Assembly: GCA_030765585.1 (NCBI GenBank)
Contig: JAVCCJ010000058.1
Span: 1-43,564 of the forward strand
From: Candidatus Zapsychrus exili
GTDB taxonomy: Bacteria > Omnitrophota > Gorgyraeia > Zapsychrales > Zapsychraceae
DNA: 43,564 nucleotides
Direction: 5' to 3'
Under the pieces are notes generated by a model that saw only the letters and a program-made list of their open reading frames with translations, was not told the origin of the DNA and made no database searches. The position numbers and the translations under genes were made by a program. This document shows, piece by piece, positions 9,829 to 20,934 of the stretch (positions are counted from its first letter, which is position 1; each line of letters opens with the position of its first letter).

Positions 9829-10851
9829 TTATGCCTTTATCTTTCTGCCCACAGAGTTTGCGACTTTTTCTAACTCTTCCATAAGGCTTGTAAAATTCTC
9901 AGGTAGAAGCGATTGTTGTCCATCACTCATCGCCTCTTCTGGATTAGGATGAACTTCTATCATCAAGCCATCACACCCAGCAGCTACAGCAGCTTTTGCA
10001 ACGCCAGGTACTATTCCCCACTTTCCTGTTCCATGGCTTGGATCAGCTATAACAGGCAAATGAGACAATTGTTTAACAACAGGTATTGCATTTATATCAA
10101 AAGTATTTCTTGTGGCTGTTTCAAAAGTTCTAATTCCACGCTCACATAAAATTACATCAAAATTTCCATTTGATAAAATATATTCTGCTGACATAAGCCA
10201 TTCTTTTATTGTTGCAGATGGCCCTCTCTTAAGCATTACAGGTTTTTTCGTTTTTCCTATTTCATTAAGAAGAGAAAAATTTTGCATATTACGCGCACCT
10301 ATTTGCAATATATCAATATATTTTGACACAAGCTCAACATGACGAGGGTCCACAACTTCACTTATTGTTGCCATACCAAATTCTTTTCCTACATCATATA
10401 AATACTTCAAGCCTTCTTCTCCAAGACCCTGAAAGTCATATGGAGATGTTCTTGGTTTAAACGCTCCCCCACGAAGTATATTAGATCCTGCCTTTTTAGA
10501 GTTCTCAGCAATTGAACGAAGCAGTTCAAAACTTTCCACAGAACAAGGTCCAGACATTACAACAATCTCTTTTCCTCCAATTTTAATATCATCATTAATT
10601 TTAACTATAGTGTCTTCTTTTTTAAACTCTCTTGATACAAGCTTATACGGTGCTAAAACTGGTATTACTTGCTCTACTCCAGGGTAGACTTCTAAAGGAG
10701 TTACTCTAAGAACATCTTCAGGACCTATAAAACCTATAACTGTTCTTTCAGCTCCGCGAGATATATTTGCTTTAAGACCCAAATTTTCGGTCTTCTCAAC
10801 TATATGGGCTATTTGATCTTCTGTTGCATCAGGGCTTAATACCACTATCAT
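9829..10851 (-). CDS. aroF: DAHP synthase class I-beta with N-terminal regulatory domain
   Basis: [34 protein letters not shown]. Confidence 0.96.
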   Translation of the reverse strand: MIVVLSPDATEDQIAHIVEKTENLGLKANISRGAERTVIGFIGPEDVLRVTPLEVYPGVEQVIPVLAPYKLVSREFKKEDTIVKINDDIKIGGKEIVVMSGPCSVESFELLRSIAENSKKAGSNILRGGAFKPRTSPYDFQGLGEEGLKYLYDVGKEFGMATISEVVDPRHVELVSKYIDILQIGARNMQNFSLLNEIGKTKKPVMLKRGPSATIKEWLMSAEYILSNGNFDVILCERGIRTFETATRNTFDINAIPVVKQLSHLPVIADPSHGTGKWGIVPGVAKAAVAAGCDGLMIEVHPNPEEAMSDGQQSLLPENFTSLMEELEKVANSVGRKIKA

Positions 10852-11933
10852 AATATTTCCTCCAAAGATTTAATAAATCTTCTATTTTCTTTTTCTTTTC
10901 CAATTGAAACACGAATGAATCCTTTCATCTTCCAAAATTTCATATCGCGAACAATAACACCTTTCTTGAGTAACTTTTCAACTACCAAAGATGAATCTTG
11001 TTTTGTATCTATAGGTATAAAGTTAGTAGGTGTTTCTATAAAACTTAAATTTAATCTTTTTAAATTCTTATAAAGAAACTTCCTTTGACATTCAATTTCT
11101 TTCAATATTTTCCCATAATACTTTTTATCTTTTAAAACTGCTATTGAAGCCGCTTGTGCAATTGAGTTAATATTAAACGGTTCTCGAATCCGATTTAAAA
11201 GACCAATAAGCTCACTATTTGCTATTCCGTATCCTATGCGAAGTCCGGCTAGTCCATATAGCTTAGAGAAAGTTCTTGTAACGATAACATTTTTGTTTTT
11301 CTTTAAAAGTACTATTGAATCTGGATAATCAGCTGATTTTACATATTCAAAATATGCTTCATCTAAAAATACAAGAATATCCCGACGTACAGACCTTAAA
11401 AGAAAATCCAACTCTTTTTTATTTAAACATGCACCACTTGGATTGTCTGGATTACCTAAAAATATAATCTTAGTTTTTTTGGTAACCGCATTCTTTATTT
11501 GCTTAACGTCATATTTAAAATCTTTTAACTTAACCGCCTTTACTTTTGCTCCTTCAATTTTAGATGCAATTTCGTACACTAAAAATGACGGATCAGCTAT
11601 AATTACTTCATCACCTGCATTAACAAAACTACGTATGACAAGAATGATTATCTCGTCAGATCCATTACCAAATATAAGTTGATCTTCTTTTACTTTTAAA
11701 TGTTTAGCTACTGCTTTTCTTAAATAAAAACATCCACCATCTGGATAGCGATTAACGCTTAAAGATGCCTTCTTCATGGCATCTAAAACCATCTTAGATG
11801 GTCCATAAGAATTCTCATTAGACGCCAATTTTATTATGTCCTTTATTTTATATTCTCTCTGGACTTCCTCAATTGGCTTACCAGGAACATAAGGCTTAGC
11901 AGAAAGTATTGTTTTTTTAACTGTTTTTCTCAT
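10848..11933 (-). CDS. hisC: histidinol-phosphate/aromatic aminotransferase
   Basis: [32 protein letters not shown]. Confidence 0.95.
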   Translation of the reverse strand: MRKTVKKTILSAKPYVPGKPIEEVQREYKIKDIIKLASNENSYGPSKMVLDAMKKASLSVNRYPDGGCFYLRKAVAKHLKVKEDQLIFGNGSDEIIILVIRSFVNAGDEVIIADPSFLVYEIASKIEGAKVKAVKLKDFKYDVKQIKNAVTKKTKIIFLGNPDNPSGACLNKKELDFLLRSVRRDILVFLDEAYFEYVKSADYPDSIVLLKKNKNVIVTRTFSKLYGLAGLRIGYGIANSELIGLLNRIREPFNINSIAQAASIAVLKDKKYYGKILKEIECQRKFLYKNLKRLNLSFIETPTNFIPIDTKQDSSLVVEKLLKKGVIVRDMKFWKMKGFIRVSIGKEKENRRFIKSLEEIL

Positions 11934-11936
11934 TTT

Positions 11937-12998
11937 TTATTCTGACATTGGATAAGAACCAACAACTTTTAAATATTTACACATTACTTCAAGTTGTTCT
12001 AAAGCTTTTTTTACGTTTTCATCCTCTCTATGACCTTTAAAATCTACAAAAAAGTAATAATCCCAAGCTCGTTTTTTCGAAGGTCTAGATTCTATTTTTG
12101 TTAAATTAATTCCATTATTACTAAAAGGCATAAGCATATCATGCAAAGCCCCTACTTTATCTTTTATAGAAAACAAGATAGATGTCTTGTCGTCACCTGT
12201 AGTAGGAACATCTTGTTTAGATATTATAAAAAATCTAGTCCTATTATGAGCTACGTCTTGAATATTAGCTTTTATTATAGGTACTTCATAAACACGCGCT
12301 GCCATACTTGATGCAATAGCGGCTGAATAACGCTGCTTTGCAACCTTTTGTGCTGCCTCTGTTGTCGATGCAACCCAAATCTGACCCACATCTGGCATAT
12401 TAGTGCTAAGCCAATTTCTGCATTGCCCAAATACTTGTGGATTTGAATATATAGTTTTAATATCTTTTAAGTTTTCTTTAGACAAAAGATTATGTTCAAT
12501 CTTTAAAGTAGTTTGTGCACAAATTTTAAGCTCAGAATCTACCAACAAATCAAATGTGTGTGTTACAGCTCCTTCAACAGAATTCTCAATAGGCACAACA
12601 CCATAATCACATTCGCCATGTTCAACCTTTTGAAATACCTCTAAAATACTACTGCATGATCCATAGCTTACTTGTGAGCCAAACTTTTTGTTAGCTGCCA
12701 TATGAGTAAACGACCCTTCTGTGCCTAAATATGCTATTTGCAATTGTTTCTCTAAAGACAATGATCCTGACATAATCTCTCTATAAACAGCCTCCAAGGC
12801 ATCATCTCCTATGGGGCCATTATTTAATGCCTTTACACCATCTAAAACTTCTTTTTCTCTATTAGGCGCATAAATACTCTTATTGTTTTCTATCTTATCT
12901 TTTCCAATCGCAAGGCTTACGCCCGCGCGATCATTGATCAGTGAAACTATTTTCTTGTCTATTTCATTAATCTTTTTTCTTAATTCTTCTAGACTCAT
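11937..12998 (-). CDS. pheA: chorismate mutase/prephenate dehydratase
   Basis: N-terminal CM domain; GVVPIENSVEG, NRTRF, NLTKIESRPS; ATG 12998 after AGGAG. Confidence 0.95.
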   Translation of the reverse strand: MSLEELRKKINEIDKKIVSLINDRAGVSLAIGKDKIENNKSIYAPNREKEVLDGVKALNNGPIGDDALEAVYREIMSGSLSLEKQLQIAYLGTEGSFTHMAANKKFGSQVSYGSCSSILEVFQKVEHGECDYGVVPIENSVEGAVTHTFDLLVDSELKICAQTTLKIEHNLLSKENLKDIKTIYSNPQVFGQCRNWLSTNMPDVGQIWVASTTEAAQKVAKQRYSAAIASSMAARVYEVPIIKANIQDVAHNRTRFFIISKQDVPTTGDDKTSILFSIKDKVGALHDMLMPFSNNGINLTKIESRPSKKRAWDYYFFVDFKGHREDENVKKALEQLEVMCKYLKVVGSYPMSE

Positions 12999-13003
12999 AT
13001 ATA

Positions 13004-13735
13004 TCACTCCTTCTCTTCTTCGTTATTTTCTTCAACATTTTCTATAACATCGGATTCTTCTGCCTGCTTTTCTTCTGTTTGCTCAGTCGCTTTTTCTATT
13101 TCTTCAATTCTTGATTCCTCGTCTTTTGGTTCTTCAATATTTGTCAAATCTTTTTCTTCTTCTGGCAGAAGATCAGAAAATTCTTCTAATTTTGGCAAAT
13201 CTTCTAATGACTTAAGTCCAAAATATTCCAAAAACTGTCTTGTAGTTCCATAAAGATACGGCTTACCTGGTACATCTTTACGACCAACAATTTTAATAAG
13301 CTCTTTATCTAATAAATTTACAACAACTCCATCAGAATTAACGCTTCTTATATTCTCTATGTCAGATCTCGTAACAGGCTGCTTATATGAAATGATGGCT
13401 AAAGCTTCTAACGCTGGCTTTGACAATTTTTCTTTATGTTTCGTTTTATAAAAGTCTTTTATATAAGAAGCATAGCTCGAATTACTTAACATTTGATATC
13501 CGCCTGCTATTTCCACTATTGTCATTCCAGCATTTTTTTGTTCATATTCATCCTGCAATACTTTAATAGTTTTCTTTATCTCAGATGGAGTGACTGTCTT
13601 AATAACTTTCTTAAATTGATCTAAAGTTATAGATTTCTCGTTAACAAACATTAACGCTTCAATGGCACCTCTTACATAATTAGACTGTTGTTGATCTGTA
13701 TTAGCAGCTGTGTTATCAATTGTTTGATTTTCCAT
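13004..13735 (-). CDS. scpB: SMC-Scp subunit ScpB
   Basis: IEALMF, LSKPALEALAIISYKQPVTR, YGTTRQFLEYFGL; acidic tail. Confidence 0.96.
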   Translation of the reverse strand: MENQTIDNTAANTDQQQSNYVRGAIEALMFVNEKSITLDQFKKVIKTVTPSEIKKTIKVLQDEYEQKNAGMTIVEIAGGYQMLSNSSYASYIKDFYKTKHKEKLSKPALEALAIISYKQPVTRSDIENIRSVNSDGVVVNLLDKELIKIVGRKDVPGKPYLYGTTRQFLEYFGLKSLEDLPKLEEFSDLLPEEEKDLTNIEEPKDEESRIEEIEKATEQTEEKQAEESDVIENVEENNEEEKE

Positions 13736-13740
13736 TAAAC

Positions 13741-14364
13741 TTATACCCTTTGTTTATAGATTTCGTTTAATAATTCTTCTGTTGTTTTAATATCTGGTCC
13801 TCTTTCAATTGCCTTTTTAATCATCGCATTAGCTTCTTGCTTCTTATACTGAAGCTGAATAAGAACATTAAGCGCTTCTTCTTGCCAATCTATTGAAACT
13901 GGACTTAAATCAGAGGCTAACTTTTCGTCGCGAATCAAACCAAAACGACCCACTTTACCTTGCAGCTTTGCAACTATTTCCTTTGCACGTTGCAAGCCTA
14001 TTCCAGGCAATGTTTTTAAATAGCTAAAATCTTCTCTATCAATAGCGCGAGTTATTTCACTAATTGGTTTGTTCAACGCTTTGATTGCTGCTCTTGGACC
14101 TATGCCAGACACTTTAATAAATTGCAAAAAGAAATCTTTTTCAATTTCATTTATAAAGCCTATTAGAATAGGATTCCCGCTTGATTGATTAAGTTGAAAA
14201 TAATGATAAACTATCAGTCCTATATTATTGTTTTCATCTAACGTCTCTTCTATCCTATTTAAAACAGAAGCTGATACAACGATTTCATAAAATAACCCCG
14301 AAACATCAACCACTACAGACTGTTCTTTTTTCTCAACAAGCTTACCCTTTATTTTAACTATCAT
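13741..14364 (-). CDS. ruvA: Holliday junction binding protein RuvA
   Basis: VSGIGPRAA, LPGIGLQRAKEIV. Confidence 0.93.
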   Translation of the reverse strand: MIVKIKGKLVEKKEQSVVVDVSGLFYEIVVSASVLNRIEETLDENNNIGLIVYHYFQLNQSSGNPILIGFINEIEKDFFLQFIKVSGIGPRAAIKALNKPISEITRAIDREDFSYLKTLPGIGLQRAKEIVAKLQGKVGRFGLIRDEKLASDLSPVSIDWQEEALNVLIQLQYKKQEANAMIKKAIERGPDIKTTEELLNEIYKQRV

Positions 14365-14843
14365 ATATTTCTACTCTCAATCTGTGCATAACCTAAAGCA
14401 AGCGCCAAAGCATCGCTTGCATCTAATGTAAGCTTTTCTTCATTAACTTTAAAATAGTTTGAGACAGCTCTTCTTGTCTGTATTTTAGTTGCACTACCAT
14501 TTCCAAGAAGGGCTTTTCTAATTCTTTTTACGCTATATTCTACAAGCTCAATTTTTCTTTGTGCACATAGCAAGCAAACAGCGCCTCGAACATGCCCTAA
14601 AATACTTGCAGTCATAGGATGTTTATGGTGTGCATATAACTTTTCAAGGATAAGGACATCAGGATTGTGCTTAGAAAGTAACTCATTTAGAATTGTATAG
14701 ACCTTATTAATTCGATTTTGAATTAAATCTTTTTGTTTAGGATTAATGGTCCCTACTTCAACTAGGCTAACGCCTGAAGGAATAGTTTCAATAAAACCAT
14801 AACCGGTTGTTTTCATGCCCGGATCAATTCCTAATATTTTCAT
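14361..14843 (-). CDS. ruvC: Holliday junction resolvase RuvC
   Basis: ILGIDPG..TTGYG, GHVRG, DASDALALAL. Confidence 0.96.
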   Translation of the reverse strand: MKILGIDPGMKTTGYGFIETIPSGVSLVEVGTINPKQKDLIQNRINKVYTILNELLSKHNPDVLILEKLYAHHKHPMTASILGHVRGAVCLLCAQRKIELVEYSVKRIRKALLGNGSATKIQTRRAVSNYFKVNEEKLTLDASDALALALGYAQIESRNI

Positions 14844-14846
14844 TTT

Positions 14847-15599
14847 TTATTCTTCAGCAAGTCTTTCCATTTCTTCATCAGAAATATCAAAATTTGCATA
14901 AACATTCTGCACGTCTTCTTGTTCTTCTAAAGATTCCATAAGCGCTAAAAGTTGTTTAGCGTCATTTCCAACAATTTTTACAATAGTGCTTGGCAACATT
15001 GTCATCTCAGCAGTTACCATTGGTATTTCTTTTGCCTTAATCGCATCTTTAACAGCCTCAAGAGTAGATATCTCGCATGTAATTTCATGTTGATCTCCAT
15101 CTGAAGCTATATCTTCTGCTCCAGCATCAAGCGCGATTTCCATAAGTTCATCTTCGCCTACTTTGTCTTTTTCAATGGCAATAAAGCCTTTTTTTGCAAA
15201 TAGAAACGATGTGCTTCCTGGACCAGCTAAACTTCCATTTTTCTTAGACAAAATATTTCTAATTTCAGCTGTTGTACGATTTTTATTATCAGTTAAACCT
15301 GTAATATACAGAGCAACTCCTCCTGGCCCATAAGCATCAAATGTAACCTCTTCATAAGTTACACCAGGAAGCTCTCCAGTACCTTTCTTAATAGCATTAT
15401 CAATGTTATTAGAAGGCATGTTTATTAATCTCGCCCTATCCATAGCAGAACGTAACGCTGCATTTGTTTCTGGGTTTCCTCCACCAGATTTTGCTATAGC
15501 AGTAATTTCTCTAATCATTTTAGTAAAAGCCGCACCTCTTTTAGCATCAGTAGCAGCTTTCTTGTGTTTAATACTTGCCCATTTAGAATGACCTGACAT
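14847..15599 (-). CDS. yebC: YebC/PmpR family protein
   Basis: MSGHSKWASIKHKK, YGPGGVA, TDNKNRT; ATG 15599 after GGAGG. Confidence 0.96.
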   Translation of the reverse strand: MSGHSKWASIKHKKAATDAKRGAAFTKMIREITAIAKSGGGNPETNAALRSAMDRARLINMPSNNIDNAIKKGTGELPGVTYEEVTFDAYGPGGVALYITGLTDNKNRTTAEIRNILSKKNGSLAGPGSTSFLFAKKGFIAIEKDKVGEDELMEIALDAGAEDIASDGDQHEITCEISTLEAVKDAIKAKEIPMVTAEMTMLPSTIVKIVGNDAKQLLALMESLEEQEDVQNVYANFDISDEEMERLAEE

Positions 15600-15617
15600 T
15601 TTTAATCCTCCAATTTT

Positions 15618-15676
15618 CGTAGTGGCAACCCATATGATTACCAATTATTCTGGCGAATACAAAATTCGCCCCTACG
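15618..15676. repeat. GTAG-type REP doublet
   Basis: CGTAGTGGCAACC...TTACC and inverted GGCGAAT-ACAAA-ATTCGCCCCTACG. Confidence 0.6.
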
Positions 15677-15700
15677 GTTTTATTTATTAATTATAATAAT

Positions 15701-16075
15701 AAAGCAAGACAATAAGCCGAGTTCTGTAAGTCTTCATAAAATTTTGCATTTAGTTTTTCCTTAATGCAAAATTATAGAAGACAGATGATCATTCCACTAA
15801 CTTTAAAGATTGCTCTTTAAACTCTTGCAGCCTACCCGGAAATACAAACGAAGCGAGTAACTTCGTATTAATCGTTAAGATTAATTCTTCCCCTATTTGG
15901 CATTGCTCCATGTAGAGATTGCTCGTTTCACTCCTCATAATGAGGCATCGTCACTGTAGCTCTAATCCTACCCGTAAACGGATGTCCTGAAATTAACAGG
16001 ATACATTACTCTTTGGAGCTCGGACTTTCCTCCTCAACGTACTTAAACGTCGAGGTAATCATCTCGTCTTGCTTT
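15701..16075 (-). ncRNA. rnpB: RNase P RNA
   Basis: GAGGAAAGTCCGAGCT near the 5' end and ACAGAACTCGGCTTA near the 3' end (P4); P1 AAAGCAAGAC/GTCTTGCTTT; GGAGCAA. Confidence 0.97.
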
Positions 16076-16470
16076 TTTTTCAAAGAATTTCTCGCTAAAC
16101 TATCAGCTTCCTTATTTTTCTCTCTAGGAATATGAGTAATTTCTACTAATTTAAAATTTCCTAAAAGTGCCTTTAGCTTTCGAAAAAGAACAATTAACTT
16201 CTTATTTTTTATCTTATATTGACCAGTAACTTGTTTAGCCACCAATTCACTATCCGTATAAATCCTTAACTCTTCTGCCTTAAGAACAGCTGCTTCTTCT
16301 AAGGCACAAATTAAACTCGAATACTCAGCAATATTATTTGTAGCAAAACCTATTGGTTTAGATATCTCTTTTATAATATCATCACCTTTTTTTATAACAA
16401 CACCAACGCCAGCCTCGCCCGGATTTCCGCTACAAGCTCCATCAACAAATATCGTAAGTTTATCGCTCAA
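16006..16470 (-). CDS. rnhA: ribonuclease HI family protein
   Basis: FVDGACSGNPG, ATNNIAEY, TDSELV, HIPREKNKEADSLA. Confidence 0.93.
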   Translation of the reverse strand: MSDKLTIFVDGACSGNPGEAGVGVVIKKGDDIIKEISKPIGFATNNIAEYSSLICALEEAAVLKAEELRIYTDSELVAKQVTGQYKIKNKKLIVLFRKLKALLGNFKLVEITHIPREKNKEADSLARNSLKKKQDEMITSTFKYVEEESPSSKE

Positions 16471-17192
16471 TCTTGATCCTCAAAATACAAAATCCTAGAA
16501 CACATATCACATTCAACTATTGTATCAGCTATTTTAACCTCATTTATCGTTTGAGGCTTTAAATTCATATAACAACCTCCACAAACCTGACCATTAACAG
16601 AAACAACAGCAAGGCCTTCCTTATGTCTCAATATTCTCTCATATCTTAACAACGAATCTTTATCTATTTCAGGGACTATGACTTCTTTTTCAGCCTCAAG
16701 TTCAGAGACCTTGGATTTTATCTCTACAACATAATATTCGACTTCTTTTTTCTTATTTAAATAATTCTTCTCTTCTTGATCTACATTTTGCTTTTCTTTT
16801 TCAATTTCAACACTTGCTGCATCCGCCTCATCATATGATAGCAAAATATCCTCTTCAATTATAGACTTATCAGCTTTAATACTTTCTATCTCTGTAATTT
16901 TCGCTGTATACTCTTTGTTAGTTTTTATTTGCGAAAGCTGCGTATTCGATTTTGTTATCTCATCTTCTTTGCCTTGTAAATCTAACTCTTTCTGTTTGCG
17001 ATGAAGTTGAATATTTTTAAACTTTTCCTCTAAATTTTTAAGAGTTTCTTTTTTAAGCTCAAATTGCTCTTTTAACTCTTCAATAAATGCAGGCTTTACT
17101 TCTAACTCTTTCTTAAAATTATAAATCTTTCCATCAATTTTTTGTAACTTTACTAACTTTTTAACTTGATCTTTTATAGAGATTTCAGACAC
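16467..17192 (-). CDS. coiled-coil C4 zinc-ribbon protein (DUF164/CdsZ-like)
   Basis: LQKID N-terminus, long coiled coil, CGGC...CDMCSRILY. Confidence 0.9.
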   Translation of the reverse strand: MSEISIKDQVKKLVKLQKIDGKIYNFKKELEVKPAFIEELKEQFELKKETLKNLEEKFKNIQLHRKQKELDLQGKEDEITKSNTQLSQIKTNKEYTAKITEIESIKADKSIIEEDILLSYDEADAASVEIEKEKQNVDQEEKNYLNKKKEVEYYVVEIKSKVSELEAEKEVIVPEIDKDSLLRYERILRHKEGLAVVSVNGQVCGGCYMNLKPQTINEVKIADTIVECDMCSRILYFEDQD

Positions 17193-17236
17193 TGTTAATA
17201 ATCCTTTTTATATGAAGTTTTATTTTTATATTAAAC

Positions 17237-17310
17237 TGGGCCCACAGGGACTCGAACCCCGGACCAATTGATTATGAGTCAACTGCTCTAACCGACTGAG
17301 CTATGGGCCC
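17237..17310 (-). tRNA. tRNA with CAT anticodon, most likely tRNA-Ile2 (lysidine); CCA not encoded
   Basis: GGGCCCATAGCTCAGTCGGTTAGAGCAGTTGACTCATAATCAATTGGTCCGGGGTTCGAGTCCCTGTGGGCCCA; paired G1-C72, resembles ileX-type tRNAs. Confidence 0.93.
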
Positions 17311-17355
17311 TAGAAAAACAACAAAATGTGCTAAAGAAGAGCAAATTTGAATTAC

Positions 17356-17384
17356 AGCATAACATAACAATCTTTAACTTTCAA
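17356..17384 (-). promoter_or_regulatory. sigma70 promoter for tRNA-zinc ribbon-rnhA-rnpB unit
   Basis: TTGAAA-17bp-TATGCT with TG extension. Confidence 0.65.
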
Positions 17385-17549
17385 CACATTTAAGGCTTCT
17401 TGAAAAAATATCAGAAACTCAAAAAAAATGACTGTTTTTGGCAAAAATAAAGCACAAAAAACAGTCATTTATTATAATATAATTTGTATATAAATATTAC
17501 TATTAAAAGAACTCTACTTTTAAACATAGCTCTTTAAGCAACAAGAGAG

Positions 17550-19139
17550 CTAAATAATCTCATCTCCCTTAGCTGCCATATCTAAAAACTGCTTTACTCT
17601 GCGAGATCTTGTAGGATGACGCAATTTGCGAAGTGCCTTAGATTCAATTTGGCGAACACGTTCGCGAGTAACATTAAATTCGCTTCCTACTTCTTCAAGC
17701 GTACGAGTAGTACCATCATGGATACCAAAGCGTAATTCTAATATTCTACGCTCTCTATCTTCTAACGTATTTAAAACACTGGTAATTTCATCTTTAAGCA
17801 TTGACTGCAAAGTAGCATTTGCAGGAGATACTGCCTTCTTATCCTCGATAAAATCTCCAAAATGAGTATCTCCTTCATCTCCAATAGGAGTCTGAAGAGA
17901 AATAGGAACTTGCGAGATTTTTAAAATCTCCTTAACCTTTCCTACTGGTATTCTCATTTGTTTAGCAATTTCTTGAGCTGTTGGTTCTCTACCGTATTCC
18001 TGAACAAAAAGACGTGAAACACGAATAATCTTGTTAATGGTTTCTGTCATATGGACAGGGATTCGTATAGTTCTTGCTTGATCAGCAATTGAACGAGTGA
18101 TGGCTTGTCTAATCCACCAAGTTGCGTAAGTTGAAAACTTATATCCTCTTGCATATTCAAACTTTTCAACAGCACGAATAAGACCCATGTTTCCTTCCTG
18201 TATAAGATCCAAGAAAGAAAGGCCCCTATTTATATATTTCTTTGCAATACTAACAACCAATCGAAGATTAGCTTCAACCAACAATTTTTTTGCTTTGTTA
18301 AACTTTGATTGACGCACACGAATTACTCGCAATTGATCCTTAACAACAGCAACTGTTTGCCCCAACTCCTTAAGAAGCTTCGTTTTGTCCTTACGAAGTT
18401 GTACTACATCTATATTCTTCTTTTTAGACTTTAATGTTTTTTCAATCTTTTCAATCTTAGAAATTATTTTCTTAAGACCAGCTACACGACCTTCATTAAA
18501 AGCTGCAGTAAGCTTAAACTTTGCCAATATAACTGCTGACTTATCAGAACCAACTCTTGTATTGCTAACATCTCTTCTAATCTTATCAAGTTCATTAATA
18601 AGTTTCGGACGCCTTTCAAGCTCATCTTTTACAACATCTTCAACATTTATCTCTTCATTTAATACTCTACCTATCATTTTAAGCGCTTCTCTTCGAGCAT
18701 AGGCGGTCTTATAAAGAGACTCTGCAAACTTAATTTCAGCTTCTTCAATTCTTTTAGCCAAACTTATTTCATTTTCTCTTGATAGTAGAGGAATTGACCC
18801 CATCTGCTTTAAATACATCTTAACAGGATCGTCTAATGGAATAAACTTGTCAGAATAAACATCATCTTCTTTGTTTTCTCCCCTTATACGTTTTATCTCT
18901 TGCTCTCTAGATTCCTTGTCTACTTTTTTAGACTCTCCAGCTTCTTCATCAGACTCTATTATTTTGATATCTTTTCCATCTAAGATATCAAAAACTTTAT
19001 CGATTTCTTCTGACGATTCTGCAGTAGCAGAAAGAGCCTCGTTGACTTCGTCATAAGTAAGAAAACCTTTTTTCTTCCCTAGAACAAGTAGCTTATCGAC
19101 ATCTTTTTTTAATTCGTCTTTTTTAGTGACTTGTTTCAT
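17550..19139 (-). CDS. rpoD: primary sigma factor
   Basis: [47 protein letters not shown]. Confidence 0.98.
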   Translation of the reverse strand: MKQVTKKDELKKDVDKLLVLGKKKGFLTYDEVNEALSATAESSEEIDKVFDILDGKDIKIIESDEEAGESKKVDKESREQEIKRIRGENKEDDVYSDKFIPLDDPVKMYLKQMGSIPLLSRENEISLAKRIEEAEIKFAESLYKTAYARREALKMIGRVLNEEINVEDVVKDELERRPKLINELDKIRRDVSNTRVGSDKSAVILAKFKLTAAFNEGRVAGLKKIISKIEKIEKTLKSKKKNIDVVQLRKDKTKLLKELGQTVAVVKDQLRVIRVRQSKFNKAKKLLVEANLRLVVSIAKKYINRGLSFLDLIQEGNMGLIRAVEKFEYARGYKFSTYATWWIRQAITRSIADQARTIRIPVHMTETINKIIRVSRLFVQEYGREPTAQEIAKQMRIPVGKVKEILKISQVPISLQTPIGDEGDTHFGDFIEDKKAVSPANATLQSMLKDEITSVLNTLEDRERRILELRFGIHDGTTRTLEEVGSEFNVTRERVRQIESKALRKLRHPTRSRRVKQFLDMAAKGDEII

Positions 19140-19152
19140 ACATTCTCCCAAT

Positions 19153-20934
19153 TTATTTCTTAATTAAAGTATTAAATTCTCTTGTTAACTCATCGAGCCT
19201 TGAAGTATTGCCAGCGCTTTCAGCTTCGCGAATCTTTTCTAATAGATCCTGTCTTTTTAATTTAACTTTATCGCTTTTAATACGGTTTACACAATCTCGA
19301 TACATTTTTTCTTTATCGCCTATCATCATTTCGTCTTGATTCATTAGAGCAGAGATCATTTCTTGTGTGTTTTGATCATCATATTTGTTGATCAAACTTG
19401 CGAAACTTATCTTCTTACCCTTAGAATACAAATCATAAATCTCAGATATAACATTTCTTATTCTTACATCCTGAAAATCGTCTAAAGAGATATCATCTTT
19501 TATTCCTTTGATGTAGCTCTCCTCTTCTAACAATAATCTTAAAATATTTGTCTCGACCGCCCTTAAATTCTCATTCTTTTCTTTACTTTTTTGTTCTCTA
19601 TTCTTAAAACCTACATCGTTGGGCGTTTTACTTATTTTCTTCAATTCTAATAATAAAGACGATTCAGGTACTCCTAAAATCTTACTAAGCTTACTCACGT
19701 AAGTTGAACGCACGACCTCATTATCAAACTTACTTATAGTTATAAGCATCTCTGATGAGATATGCGCCTTACCTTCAATTTCTTTTATATTATAACTTTC
19801 AGATAAAGTGTTTAACTTATAATCAAACAATTCTACTGCATTAGTTATCTGCTCTTTAAAAGAATCCGCTCCATATTTTCTTATAAAAGAATCAGGATCA
19901 TCATTTTCGCTTAATTTCACTACCTTAACAAACATACCCTCTTCAACAAGCGCATCAAGACTACGCATCATAGCAGCTTGTCCGGCCTTATCTGTATCAA
20001 AAAGCATGACAACGTTTTTAGTATATCGTCTAATCAATCTAATTTGATCAGTTGTAAGCGCTGTTCCTAAAGAAGCTACAATATTGTTTATACCATTTTG
20101 ATATGGCATAAGACAATCTAAATAGCCTTCAGTTATAATTACAGAATCTTGCTGACCTATAGCTTGTTTCGCCAAATGAAAACCATATAGATGATGCCCT
20201 TTTGTATAGACAATTGTTTCTGGCGAATTTATATATTTAGCTCCCTTTTCGTCGCTTTCTAAAGCCCTTGCACCAAACGCTCTGCAATGTCCTCTGGTAT
20301 CAAAAATAGGAAAAATAATCCTGTTTCTGAACCTATCATAATATCCTTCTCTATTTTCCCTAGAGATAATTAATCCGGCCTTTTCTATAAGACCTAAAGT
20401 AATTCCTTTTTCTTTTAAATGTTCTAATAAACCATCCCAACTATCAGCAGCAAAACCTAATTTAAATTGTTTTACAGCATCTAAACTTATATCCCTATCT
20501 TTTAAATATGCTCTAACTTTCTCTATTTCCTTCGATTTGTCAGAAAGCAAAATTTTATGAAAATAATCAGCTGCTAAATCATTTACTTCAAAAATCTCTT
20601 GGCGAACATTACTGCTGCCCTGATCTTTTGAATAAGAATTTTCAGGAACAGAAATACCTACTTTTTTTGCTAATATTCTTATAGCCTCAGGAAAATCAAT
20701 TCTTTCCTGTTGCATAACAAACGATACCGAATTGCCTCCTACGCCACAACCAAAACAATGAAAAATTTGTTTATCAGGATTCACAACAAAAGATGGTGTC
20801 TTTTCATTATGAAATGGACAATTAGTCTTAAAATTTCTACCAGCTCTTTTTAATGGAACATACGCTGATATAACTTCGACTATGTCGCTACGATCAATTA
20901 CTCTTGCAACAATATCTTCAGGAATAAGACCCAT
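19153..20934 (-). CDS. dnaG: DNA primase
   Basis: [35 protein letters not shown]. Confidence 0.98.
   Translation of the reverse strand: MGLIPEDIVARVIDRSDIVEVISAYVPLKRAGRNFKTNCPFHNEKTPSFVVNPDKQIFHCFGCGVGGNSVSFVMQQERIDFPEAIRILAKKVGISVPENSYSKDQGSSNVRQEIFEVNDLAADYFHKILLSDKSKEIEKVRAYLKDRDISLDAVKQFKLGFAADSWDGLLEHLKEKGITLGLIEKAGLIISRENREGYYDRFRNRIIFPIFDTRGHCRAFGARALESDEKGAKYINSPETIVYTKGHHLYGFHLAKQAIGQQDSVIITEGYLDCLMPYQNGINNIVASLGTALTTDQIRLIRRYTKNVVMLFDTDKAGQAAMMRSLDALVEEGMFVKVVKLSENDDPDSFIRKYGADSFKEQITNAVELFDYKLNTLSESYNIKEIEGKAHISSEMLITISKFDNEVVRSTYVSKLSKILGVPESSLLLELKKISKTPNDVGFKNREQKSKEKNENLRAVETNILRLLLEEESYIKGIKDDISLDDFQDVRIRNVISEIYDLYSKGKKISFASLINKYDDQNTQEMISALMNQDEMMIGDKEKMYRDCVNRIKSDKVKLKRQDLLEKIREAESAGNTSRLDELTREFNTLIKK

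Noticed and set aside
15730..15782. Long AT-rich hairpin as a terminator
   Set aside because: Lies inside rnpB before the 3' P4 strand, so it is P19
17237..17310. Initiator tRNA-fMet or an integration site
   Set aside because: 1-72 pair is matched, no GGG/CCC anticodon stem, and no duplicated 3' end seen
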